A stretch of 63,256 nucleotides of DNA, counting the filler, from Octopus bimaculoides (taxonomy: Eukaryota), in assembly GCF_001194135.2 (NCBI RefSeq). It is 5 parts of 4 records of this genome, joined end to end, with 100 filler letters (N's around TTAATTAATTAA, not from the genome) between each part and the next. Parts side by side here need not be neighbours in the genome. Positions count along the whole stretch, not along the records: positions 1 to 14,537 come from NC_068999.1; positions 14,638 to 44,479 come from NC_068986.1; 3 more parts are not named here. One strand, written 5' to 3'. Of the stretch, positions 11,418-22,620 are shown in pieces. The translations under genes were made by a program, and so were the position numbers. Within the stretch, counting starts at the first letter, position 1; every line of letters begins with the position of its first letter. The notes beneath the pieces are model-generated. The model was not told the DNA's origin and ran no database searches. It saw only the letters and a list, made by a program, of their open reading frames with translations.

Positions 11418-13133
11418 GCATGACTTGGTTATCTGTAGCTAGAAGTGTCACGTCATCCATGAAGGCTTTGTTAGGCGATTGTACATGGGCGATTTGTTCC
11501 GAAAAATCCAACACTTTCAAAATCAACCCTATGATAAGATAAACCACGTGACAGATATTGTACAGCTAGCAGCAATGCCAATCTCCAATCGGTGCCAATC
11601 TGTTGTAACATCTCCAGCTGTAAACCTCATTTCAAAACTGTCATAATACATCCTCATTATTTTGATCACTTTGTCTGGAATGTGGAAGTGGTCCATGGCT
11701 CTTATCAGTAATTCGTGTGGCACTGAGCCATATGCATTAGCTAGGTCAAGCCATACCACGTTCAGACTTCTCTTTTTCTGTTTGGCATCCTGGATCGCTT
11801 TCCAAATCGAAAAACAGTGTTCAATGCATCCAAAGATCCCGGGGACTCCGGCCTTTTNNNNNNNNNNNNNNNNNNNNNNNNNNNNNNNNNNNNNNNNNNN
11901 NNNNNNNNNNNNNNNNNNNNNNNNNNNNNNNNNNNNNNNNNNNNNNNNNNNNNNNNNNNNNNNNNNNNNNNNNNNNNNNNNNNNNNNNNNNNNNNNNNNN
12001 NNNNNNNNNNNNNNNNNNNNNNNNNNNNNNNNNNNNNNNNNNNNNNNNNNNNNNNNNNNNNNNNNNNNNNNNNNNNNNNNNNNNNNNNNNNNNNNNNNNN
12101 NNNNNNNNNNNNNNNNNNNNNNNNNNNNNNNNNNNNNNNNNNNNNNNNNNNNNNNNNNNNNNNNNNNNNNNNNNNNNNNNNNNNNNNNNNNNNNNNNNNN
12201 NNNNNNNNNNNNNNNNNNNNNNNNNNNNNNNNNNNNNNNNNNNNNNNNNNNNNNNNNNNNNNNNNNNNNNNNNNNNNNNNNNNNNNNNNNNNNNNNNNNN
12301 NNNNNNNNNNNNNNNNNNNNNNNNNNNNNNNNNNNNNNNNNNNNNNNNNNNNNNNNNNNNNNNNNNNNNNNNNNNNNNNNNNNNNNNNNNNNNNNNNNNN
12401 NNNNNNNNNNNNNNNNNNNNNNNNNNNNNNNNNNNNNNNNNNNNNNNNNNNNNNNNNNNNNNNNNNNNNNNNNNNNNNNNNNNNNNNNNNNNNNNNNNNN
12501 NNNNNNNNNNNNNNNNNNNNNNNNNNNNNNNNNNNNNNNNNNNNNNNNNNNNNNNNNNNNNNNNNNNNNNNNNNNNNNNNNNNNNNNNNNNNNNNNNNNN
12601 NNNNNNNNNNNNNNNNNNNNNNNNNNNNNNNNNNNNNNNNNNNNNNNNNNNNNNNNNNNNNNNNNNNNNNNNNNNNNNNNNNNNNNNNNNNNNNNNNNNN
12701 NNNNNACACTTTCCTTTCTCTAATCGGATATTCCCTTTCACTCCAAACAATTCCTTCCCTGTATCGTAAATTGAGCATGTTAATTTTCCCAGTTTCTCCA
12801 CTGTAGAGCCTGTCATTTTATAAAGAGCTCGACATACCTTGTTTTCAAACTCTTTATATTTCCCTTTCTCATTAGCAGCAGGCCACAAAACCCTCGGTCT
12901 CCTCCGAGTACTATCTGATGCACCAGTCTCATGACTTGCAGTTTCCTGACGGGAAGAGGTCTTTGCTGTAGCATTTATCGATCCGCTGTGGTTTGAGTCC
13001 GGGGATGATTTGCCACGTGTTTTACGATCAGATGATCTACACTGCTCTATCTTCTTCTCACAAGTCTTTCCGTGATGTATCTTCAAGCCTCTCACAGTTG
13101 CAAAGGTTCTACAGCACAGCTTTCATCCAAAAA

Positions 13134-13400
13134 ATGTTACTTATTGTTGTCCTTCTCTCCAAAAAAATCATGCTATCTATGGTTCTTTCATTGTCCCACA
13201 TCATATTACTCATAGCTGTCCCAACTACATTATTACCCATAGCTGTCCTACAAGGCCTGTTACCGACTGCCGTCCCTTTTTCATGTTACCCATTGCAATT
13301 TCACAATTACATACATCGGGTTACCACTGTTCCACCATTATATTACCCACGGTTGTTCCAATGTCTCATATATCATGTTACCTGCTGCTATCCTGCCGTC
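13134..13400. repeat. Degenerate minisatellite, about 27-bp period, 7-8 units
   Basis: TGT(C/T)CC cores at 13192, 13217, 13244, 13271, 13328 and 13354, most preceded by a TTAC motif. Confidence 0.7.
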
Positions 13401-13949
13401 GTGGGCTTGCTTGGGTCGCTCGTATTGAGCCGGTTAATAATGACATACTTTAAATGTCTGAGTCACCATGGATGGCTTAATCACCATTATGCTTGTACTG
13501 TAGTGATGTGGAATGTGTTGGCAACGTGAATGATAGCGAGAAAGCTTTAGATAATTTAACTTCAATGTCTTTTGCTGGACATGATAATTTGTGTTGGCTA
13601 TTTACAGTGTAAAATATTAGTAATATAATTGCTGACTGGGAGCAGAGAATAAATGCGCCGAGTCTGAAGAAACTACTTATGAGATATCCTGTGAATGGTC
13701 AGAATCGGTCTGTTCGAGAGATGAGTCGTCTGCGCAAAAGTCGAAAGCTGCCTGCTCGAATGTCGGAGGTAATCTGCCTGGCAAGAGGCGAGGCGTGTGA
13801 ATTAGTCAGACATGGTCTATGTGGATGTGTTGTTGGTGTTTGAACCTAGGTTAGCCCTGACTAAACAGATCTATGATCAAAGGCATTCCAACTCAACCCA
13901 ATCAGTCTTCTTAGCTCTGCATTTTCAAATGTGCCCATCTCAGGTTTAA

Positions 13950-14320
13950 GGTGGTTGGTGTGCGCTCTTTTAGAAAAGTAGTGGATAACTTTGTTAGTCT
14001 TCATCATCGACTGCACTTTGGATTCCTGGAGAAATAGTCTCTTTACACCTTTCCTTTCACTAGCTTTCTTTCCTTTCGCTAGGCTCCAATTTAAGGCTTG
14101 CCTTTTCAAACATACTTCTCATTTTTTAACATATGACCTATCCATCTCTACTTGCATTTGTTGGCCGATAGGTTCCTGTTTGGTTTTGGCTCGGAGGTCT
14201 TTGTTACGCACACTTTCTGGATGTCTGATGGATAGGCTGCGTCTGGGGAACCTGTTCATATTTGAAATTTTCTCATGATATTTGTGTTCATTTACCATAA
14301 CGACTAAGTAGGAAAGATTT
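13950..14320 (-). mobile_element. RTE-type LINE C-terminal fragment
   Basis: RRSLSIRHPESVRNKDLRAKTKQEPIGQQ...KRQALNWSLAKGKK resembles the post-RT region of RTE elements; frameshifted. Confidence 0.55.
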
Positions 14321-14384
14321 GACATTGCTGTTAAAAATTCCCATCCTTTCCAGGCAGGCTTTGAAGAGTTGAAGACTTGATTAT

Positions 14385-14425
<41 letters not shown>

Positions 14426-14820
14426 CGGAGATGTACTTGCATAGCAAGTGACCTGATCTGAACTCGTGTGCTGGAACGGAAACAATTGCAGCGTGGAAGG
14501 TGTTTATAAGCCATTTAAAATAACACACAAAGACCGTNNNNNNNNNNNNNNNNNNNNNNNNNNNNNNNNNNNNNNNNNNNNTTAATTAATTAANNNNNNN
14601 NNNNNNNNNNNNNNNNNNNNNNNNNNNNNNNNNNNNNTTACAATTCTATCAATAGTTCCAGTGTACTAGTGCAACAATTCACCTTACGAATAACATTTTG
14701 AGAATCGAAAGAGAATCAGGAAGAATAACAAAGTTAACACTACAACAAATTAATTTCCGGTTGATATCTTCAGGTGCCATATTCTTTTATATTATTCCTT
14801 TGTGCTATATATATTAGTCG

Positions 14821-14860
<40 letters not shown>

Positions 14861-15381
14861 TATATATATATAGAGAGAGAGAAAGTGTGTGTGTGTGTGT
14901 GTCTTTATTGTATTATTTGTAACAATGAGCAAACAAGTTCGCTTCTGCTTGAAGCATTCATCGAATAGAAAATGCAAGAAGACCAGACGACTCCGAAAAG
15001 GAAGACGCATGCGCATTAATGTCTTCACCGATGCATTTCTGTCCTTGTCGTCTGTCTGTATAGACTCGTTGGCATTGGGTCCCCAGTGCTGCATCGTATT
15101 AGTAATTATCTAACGTTGAGCTGCTTTTGTCAAGAATTAATTAATGAACTGGGACAGGCTAATTCTAAATCGCGTGTAAACCTGAATTTTGGATGTTACT
15201 AAGGTGTTGATGGACATTCTTTCTTGAAATAAGGCTGGATAAATATATTAAAGATTCCAGCTGTTTTGGAATCAAAAGTGATACGTTTTACTGGAGGGAA
15301 TGATAAGCAAGAACAAATGCTAAAAGTTCACACGAAGGTATCCTGCCAAGTGCTAATTCAAGGGAGACTACCCCTGTAGGT

Positions 15382-15487
<106 letters not shown>

Positions 15488-16167
15488 TTGTATGTAAGTA
15501 TACATATATATCACTCTCTTTCAGAACGTTACATACACACACATACAGATATAATTTTGAATAAATGAGTTCGGACATTTTTCAAGATTATGAGATGTTT
15601 GTAAAAGGTGCGTATGAAGTGGTACGGGTTGGTGAGGGCGAGTGAATTCACAATTACACACTTACAGACAGACACATGTACACACATGTACACACGTACG
15701 CACACACACACACACACACAAGCACACGCGCACACAAGCACACTCACATACTTACACACAGGCACAAGACACACATGCACGCATGTACAGACACACATAC
15801 ATACATGCACGCATACGCACACATGCACACACGTACATACACACATACACACATGCTTACACGTACACACACATGCATACATGTACAGACACACACACAA
15901 GCACACACACATGAACACACGTACACACGCTCGTACAGGCACACAGGCACACGTATGCATACATGTACTGGCACACACACACAAGCATACACACATGAAC
16001 ACACGTACACACATAGACACGCACACGCAAACATACATGCACACAGTTACAGGTACACACACACACATTGGCTGACATACACGCACAAACACACAAACAC
16101 ACACACACACACACACACGCACACACACACATGCACACACGTACATGAACACAGACACTCAGACTTG

Positions 16168-16208
<41 letters not shown>

Positions 16209-16433
16209 NNNNNNNNNNNNNNNNNNNNNNNNNNNNNNNNNNNNNNNNNNNNNNNNNNNNNNNNNNNNNNNNNNNNNNNNNNNNNNNNNNNNNNNNNNNN
16301 NNNNNNNNNNNNNNNNNNNNNNNNNNNNNNNNNNNNNNNNNNNNNNNNNNNNNNNNNNNNNNNNNNNNNNNNNNNNNNNNNNNNNNNNNNNNNNNNNNNN
16401 NNNNNNNNNNNNNNNNNNNNNNNNNNNNNNNNC

Positions 16434-16545
16434 TTTCATCCTTTCGGGGGTCGATAAATTAAGTACCAGTTGAGCACTGGAGTCGATCTAATCGACTGGT
16501 CCCCTCCCGCCAAAATTTCGGGCCTTGTGCCTAGAGTCGAAAAGA
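16434..16545 (+). mobile_element. SINE family A 3' half
   Basis: ctttcatcctttcgggggtcgataaattaagtaccag...aaatttcgggccttgtgcctagagtcgaaaag; the head is in the gap. Confidence 0.75.
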
Positions 16546-16731
16546 TACAACTCTGTGGTTACGAAATATGCATCGCAGTCACCTCATCCGAGATTCGATC
16601 CCGCAGTGAAACGCTCTTGGCATATGCTATCTACACGGCTCCCTACGAGGTTGACTCGTTCATGCTGTGTGCGCACACGCGTCTCTCTGCGGTTTTGATG
16701 CGATTCTTTGTCTCTCAGGAGTTTAAGTCTT

Positions 16732-16768
<37 letters not shown>

Positions 16769-17752
16769 CGCGCGTGCGTCTGTGTGCGCGCGTGCGCGTG
16801 ATATTATTATAAATGACTTTATGTATGTATGCATGTATGTACGTATGTATGTATGTGTGTGTGTGTATGTATGCATTTATGTATGTGTGTATGTATGTAT
16901 GTGTGTACGTAGGCACGTATGTATGCATGCATACATGTATGTATGTACGTATGTGTTTATATATGTATGTGNNNNNNNNNNTATGTACGTATGTGTTTAT
17001 ATATGTATGTGTGTGTGAATGTATGTACGTATGTATGTACGCATGTATGTATTTATATATGTATGTATGTATGTACGTATGTATGTGTATGCATGTATGT
17101 GTATGTGTAAGTATGTATGTATGTATGTATGTGTGTATGCGTATATGTGTGTGTATATATGTATGTATGCATGTATGTATCTGTGCCTATGTATATATAT
17201 GTACATGTGAGTGCCCGCGAGTGTGTGTTTCTACATATATGTGCGTGTTTGCGTGCGTGCGTGTGTGTGTCAGTGTACTTGCGCAAGTATGTGTCTCTTG
17301 CTTGCACGTTTTTCGTTGTTATTCCAGAAATGATGGTAACCTTTTGTGTATAAATGAACAAAGCCCTTCTGTTTTGCGGCCTAACGTTTTCAGGCTCAAG
17401 AAATTAAACCGTAGACCCCAATGCAGTGTTTATCCTAAAACCAACGAACAGAGAAAGAGACCTTGAATTTTACTATTATACAGACCAGAATAGATACAGG
17501 ACGATGGAAGCATCTGGTATTCTAAAGGATTTTATGGACGAAATTCGGATTATTATACCTAAATGATGGTGCATTTTTCACAGTAGAAACGTGTAAGCTA
17601 TACATTGAATCGGTTAGAAATATAATTATTTCTTCGGAAATTAATGGCGGATTTCAAATTTTAACAATTGAGTCTTAAACGCGACGTCTTTTTTTTTTCA
17701 AATTGACAATCTCATTTGAAACTGAAAGAAGTTTCGAAGACAAAGACATTTG

Positions 17753-18012
17753 GTAAAGATTGTTTGCCAACATTATATGGCAGTCCTGGTTTAGGACGAA
17801 TGTTGCTGTAATTTAGCCCCAGGAGACATCGTCTCCAGCTGGTTATACGACACGATCTGTGTCCTTATATTTTCGAACAAGGGAATCTTCAAAAATATAA
17901 GGATACAGATCGTGTCGTATAGCCAGCTGGAGACGATGTCTCCTGGGGCTAAATTACAGCAACATTCGTCCTAAACCAGGACTGCCATGTTATGTTGGCA
18001 AACAAGCTTTAC
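17753..18012. repeat. 260-bp foldback palindrome (MITE-like)
   Basis: Arms 17753-17877 and 17888-18012, about 6 mismatches in 125 bp, with a 10-nt loop. Confidence 0.9.
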
Positions 18013-18136
18013 TCCAAAGTACTGTTGCTGAATATCTCACGTTGTGAAATTTAAAAATAGTAATTTTCTAAAAACATTTGGCTTTTAGAGAATTTTTCTG
18101 GTTAAAAAGATATGTTTTGCAAATGGAGATGTAAAA

Positions 18137-18295
18137 GCGGTGGGCTGGCAGAATCGTCAGCGTGCTGCGTAAAATGTTTTGCACTATTTATCCCCACTCT
18201 TTACGTTCTGAGTTCAATCCCACCTATGTCAAATTTGTTTTTCATCCTTTGGAGGTTGATCAAAATAAAGCACCAGCTAACAACTCTGCCAGCTC
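18137..18295 (+). mobile_element. tRNA-headed SINE family A
   Basis: A box ctggcagaatcgtcagc, B box gagttcaatccc, central tttcatcctttggaggttgat..aaataaagcaccag (resembles the Meta-SINE domain; recalled, not verified). Confidence 0.75.
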
Positions 18296-18499
18296 ACCGA
18301 CTTAATAATGATAATAATAATAATAATAATAATCATCATAATAAGCTTGTCTCTTAGGGACAGCAAGGATTATCAGGCGGGTTTTAAGCCCTTGAAAGAC
18401 TATTGAAAACTTTAAGCTACAAAAGGTTATAAGAAATAAGCTGCTACCCACATAAATGCTACCAGGAATTATAATAATAATAATAATAATTATAATAAC

Positions 18500-18640
18500 A
18501 ATCCTTTTTACTATAGGCACAAGGCCTGAAATTTGGGGGAGGGGGCCAGTCGATTACATCGACCCAATACTCCACTGGTATTTATTTCATCAACACCGAA
18601 AGGATGAAAGGCAAAGTCGACCTCGGCGGAATTTGAACCC
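18500..18640 (-). mobile_element. SINE family A, 5'-truncated, inverted relative to the 18137 copy
   Basis: Reverse complement of the B box, central domain and ccttgtgcctatagtaaaaagg tail. Confidence 0.75.
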
Positions 18641-18661
18641 TAATAATAATAATGATGAGAA

Positions 18662-18708
<47 letters not shown>

Positions 18709-18717
18709 ATACTAATA

Positions 18718-18761
<44 letters not shown>

Positions 18762-18833
18762 GTTGATGGTAATGATGATAATATCGATGACGAATAATAA
18801 ATATTACAACTACTATTGCTAGTATTTATTATA

Positions 18834-18911
<78 letters not shown>

Positions 18912-18960
18912 GTCATCGTCGTCATCGTCGTCGTCTTCGTCATTATTATTACTATTGCTG

Positions 18961-19023
<63 letters not shown>

Positions 19024-19025
19024 GC
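18640..19025. repeat. Compound trinucleotide microsatellite
   Basis: Successive (AAT), (ACT), (GAT), (ATT), (CAT), (GTC), (ATT) tracts. Similar compound tracts occur at 25230-25453 and 45180-45480. Confidence 0.9.
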
Positions 19026-19494
19026 GGTGGGGCCAGAGTACAGGATAGACTGAAGAATATTTTAGAATGAAAATACCGCAAAGGAATTTTTTCAATGGAG
19101 GCATAAAACATCTTATTGGCCCAAAACACATATGGAATCGAATGGTATTTAATTTAATTAATAGCACTTCCAATACATAAATTTATTGATTAATAAATAA
19201 CTTTATAGTCTCCCATGAGCCATTATTTTCCGAACCGTTTACTAAAATTTCATATCAATGAAGATAACAGAAAGGAGAAAAAGGAAACAAGAACATCAAG
19301 ACACGAAATGGTTGCTCGTTTTTTTTCTTTTTATATAATTTTCTTAGACCTCTGTACAATTATCTCTGTGTAATTAATTCTAACCGATATAAATGTTGGT
19401 TAATTGTTTGGTCGGTCAGTTAGCCGGTCGGTTGATTTCTCAAGACAACGCTTTACATTGTCTAGAGAGAAGGGTAGAGAGAAAGAGAAAAGGA

Positions 19495-19528
<34 letters not shown>

Positions 19529-20004
19529 AAGAGAGAAAAATAAGAGGTACTGGATGAATGCACATACTAGGTTTGGTGACAGGCAATGAGTAAGAGAACG
19601 CTATCCAGACACAGTGAGAGAGAAAGAATCACTGAGGCAGAGGAGGAAGAGGAGGAAGAGGAGGAGATGAAGGAGGAGGAGGTGAAGGAAGGTGAAGAGA
19701 TCGAAGACGAAGACATGGTTGAGAAACAGGATGAGGAGCAAATAACATGTTAGTTACAGGAGGAATTATACAATTGAGAAATTTATTTTATTTCAATCTA
19801 TTTGAAGGTAATAAATATTTTTCTTTTGAGAATTAATCCGCATTTCATCATTTTGTATAAACACCAAGAAATTTGATAAAATTTAAATTCTAATTATTGT
19901 ATGGAGGCCATACTTTCTGATACAACCAATGATGGCAACGGTATACTTCCATAGTTATCCACCGTCATATGATGGTTAATAAACTAATAATATCAATAGT
20001 CATA

Positions 20005-20212
20005 ATTCCTTTCTACCATAGGCACAAGGGGAGGGGGAAATTTGGGGAGAGGGCAATCGACACCAGTACTCAAATGGTACTTATTTAATCGATCCCGAAA
20101 AGATGAAAGGCAAAGTCAACCTCGGCGGAATTTGATCTCAGAACATAAAGACGGACGAAATGCCGTTAAGCATTCTGCCCGGCGTCCTAACGATTCTGCC
20201 AGCTCGCCGCCC
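20005..20212 (-). mobile_element. SINE family A, full length
   Basis: Head ggcggcgagctggcagaatcgttagg at 20212, through to the ccttgtgcctatggtagaaagg tail. Confidence 0.8.
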
Positions 20213-20232
20213 TAATAATAATAATGAAAATG

Positions 20233-20294
<62 letters not shown>

Positions 20295-20322
20295 CATGAT
20301 AATAATAATAATAATAATAATA

Positions 20323-20553
20323 TCAGACAAATACATAACAAAAACACCAGGACTTACAAATATATATAACATACAGAAAATTGCACTACTGGGTACTGCA
20401 CATATTCTACGCAAAACACTTTCAATACAGTAAACATAAGAGCACCACAGCAAACCACAGCACATACCCAAGGCGCACAGAGCTGCGCTCGGTAGTGAAG
20501 TGAAAGCACGTTATAAAAATAAAACTACTGAATAATAATAATAATAATAATAA
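20323..20553 (+). mobile_element. Young R4/Dong-type element 3' end, copy 1 (5'-truncated)
   Basis: SDKYITKTPGLTNIYNIQKIALLGTAHILRKTLSIQ* plus a 100-bp 3' UTR, with (AAT)n on both sides. Confidence 0.8.
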
Positions 20554-21362
20554 ATGTNNNNNNNNNNNNNNNNNNNNNNNNNNNNNNNNNNNNNNNNNNN
20601 NNNNNNNNNNNNNNNNNNNNNNNNNNNNNNNNNNNNNNNNNNNNNNNNNNNNNNNNNNNNNNNNNNNNNNNNNNNNNNNNNNNNNNNNNNNNNNNNNNNN
20701 NNNNNNNNNNNNNNNNNNNNNNNNNNNNNNNNNNNNNNNNNNNNNNNNNNNNNNNNNNNNNNNNNNNNNNNNNNNNNNNNNNNNNNNNNNNNNNNNNNNN
20801 NNNNNNNNNNNNNNNNNNNNNNNNNNNNNNNNNNNNNNNNNNNNNNNNNNNNNNNNNNNNNNNNNNNNNNNNNNNNNNNNNNNNNNNNNNNNNNNNNNNN
20901 NNNNNNNNNNNNNNNNNNNNNNNNNNNNNNNNNNNNNNNNNNNNNNNNNNNNNNNNNNNNNNNNNNNNNNNNNNNNNNNNNNNNNNNNNNNNNNNNNNNN
21001 NNNNNNNNNNNNNNNNNNNNNNNNNNNNNNNNNNNNNNNNNNNNNNNNNNNNNNNNNNNNNNNNNNNNNNNNNNNNNNNNNNNNNNNNNNNNNNNNNNNN
21101 NNNNNNNNNNNNNNNNNNNNNNNNNNNNNNNNNNNNNNNNNNNNNNNNNNNNNNNNNNNNNNNNNNNNNNNNNNNNNNNNNNNNNNNNNNNNNNNNNNNN
21201 NNNNNNNNNNNNNNNNNNNNNNNNNNNNNNNNNNNNNNNNNNNNNNNNNNNNNNNNNNNNNNNNNNNNNNNNNNNNNNNNNNNNNNNNNNNNNNNNNNNN
21301 NNNNNNNNNNNNNNNNNNNNNNNNNNNNNNNNNNNNNNNNNNNNNNNNNNNNNNNNNNNNNN

Positions 21363-21631
21363 CCTATCATAGTAGGTGCCTTAGGTATAATAAAAAAATA
21401 TTCAGACAAATACATAACAAAAACACCAGGACTTACAAATATATATAACATACAGAAAATTGCACTACTGGGTACTGCACATATTCTACGCAAAACACTT
21501 TCAATACAGTAAACATAAGAGCACCACAGCAAACCACAGCACATACCCAAGGCGCACAGAGCTGCGCTCGGTAGTGAAGTGAAAGCACGTTATAAAAATA
21601 AAACTACTGAATAATAATAATAATAATAATA
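21363..21631 (+). mobile_element. Young R4/Dong-type element 3' end, copy 2
   Basis: PIIVGALGIIKKYSDKYITKTPG..LGTAHILRKTLSIQ*, same UTR, then (AAT)n; the 5' part is in the gap. Confidence 0.8.
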
Positions 21632-21784
21632 AATGTTTGCCTCCTTCGCACGGCCAGAATAAAGAGAAATGTATTAGCTGAAAAGAATGGATAGCATGGT
21701 ACCATAGGCTGCAGGTATCAAGCTCGCTACGCATGTAACACACCAGGAGCTCCCACAAATCCTGTGATAAAGACAAACAATAAT

Positions 21785-21983
21785 AATCCTTTTTACTATA
21801 AGCATGAGGCCTGAAATTTGTGGGAAGGGGACTAGTCGAATACATCGACCTCAGTGTTTCACTGGTACTTAATTTATCGACATCGAAAGGATAAAAGGCA
21901 TAGTCGACCTCGGCGGAATTTGAACTCAGAACGCAGCGTTAAGGATTTCACCCAGCGTGTAAACTATTCTGCCAGCTCGCCTC
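21785..21983 (-). mobile_element. SINE family A, full length
   Basis: Same head, central and tail motifs as the other copies. More degenerate copies lie near 22770-22890, 23105-23225, 32080-32210, 45680-45770 and 47640-47720. Confidence 0.75.
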
Positions 21984-21986
21984 CTA

Positions 21987-22035
<49 letters not shown>

Positions 22036-22079
22036 NNNNNNNNNNAAAACAAAAGTCAAACATAAAATAATAATAATAA

Positions 22080-22620
22080 TTGGAAGTGTCATCATGTTCA
22101 TTGTTTTATCTTGGTATAAAAGATGGGCTTCAGTAAATATTCTTAATACCACAGATTTGCTTGTCAGTTCTTTGACCTTAACTAGTTGAGCATGTCCCTT
22201 AGTGGATGACAATATGTGCATCTCTGACCATGAGCAGAAGTAATGGGGAAGCATTATAGCCATGTGTTGAGAGGAATTCTTTGGGGTTTGAATTATTCAC
22301 CTTTGGAAACATGGGTGTTTTGTTCAGCATCCTTAAACAAACCCTTACTGAGGAACCTTTTGAGCAGGATGGACTACTCGAGCTGAAGAAAATCCTAACT
22401 GGGGCCCACCTGCGAGGTCATGCGTTGTTTATCTTGATATGAGATCACCATGTCGCACACATATGGTTGTGATGCATGTGCCTGGTGCANNNNNNNNNNT
22501 TGTGATGCATGTGCCTGGTGCATCCTTATCAGACAGGTAGTCAAGATGGGTATACTGGGCTTTGTATATTTTACCTCAGTGTCACTTTGATGGCATTCAC
22601 TGCTCTCTCACTCAATAATA
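22080..22620 (-). mobile_element. Interspersed repeat, probably the 5' region of an (AAT)n-associated retroelement
   Basis: Its terminal 80 bp (..gggtatactgggct..cagtgtcact..cactgctctctcactcaa) recurs at 44700-44780, again abutting an AAT/AAC array. Confidence 0.5.

Larger units (their letters stand above)
8640..13130 (-). mobile_element. HERO-type (NeSL-related) RLE non-LTR retrotransposon, near full length but interrupted
   Basis: Degenerate N-terminal zinc finger (CCRTFATVRGLKIHHGKTC, about 13060-13115); RT core QKAGVPG..GCIEH, VWLDLANAYGSVPH, GIAASCTIS, KAFMDDVTLL (11418-11857); thumb and C-terminus 8832-10475. The ends are approximate. Confidence 0.85.

Noticed and set aside
13134-13400. 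CRISPR-like repeat array (also considered for 58218-58306)
   Set aside because: Units are degenerate or contiguous with no unique spacers, the context is eukaryotic, and there are no cas genes.
14538-14637. TTAATTAATTAA islands inside N runs (also near 44524, 53243 and 60057)
   Set aside because: Each is an identical 44N + 12 nt + 44N = 100-bp block with stops in all six frames: an artificial scaffold spacer, not biology. Adjacency across these joins is uncertain.
20530-21640. R4 copies 1 and 2 as a genuine tandem array
   Set aside because: Both tails are followed by the same aaatgt and are separated by a gap, so misassembly or allelic duplication cannot be excluded; not claimed as a tandem.
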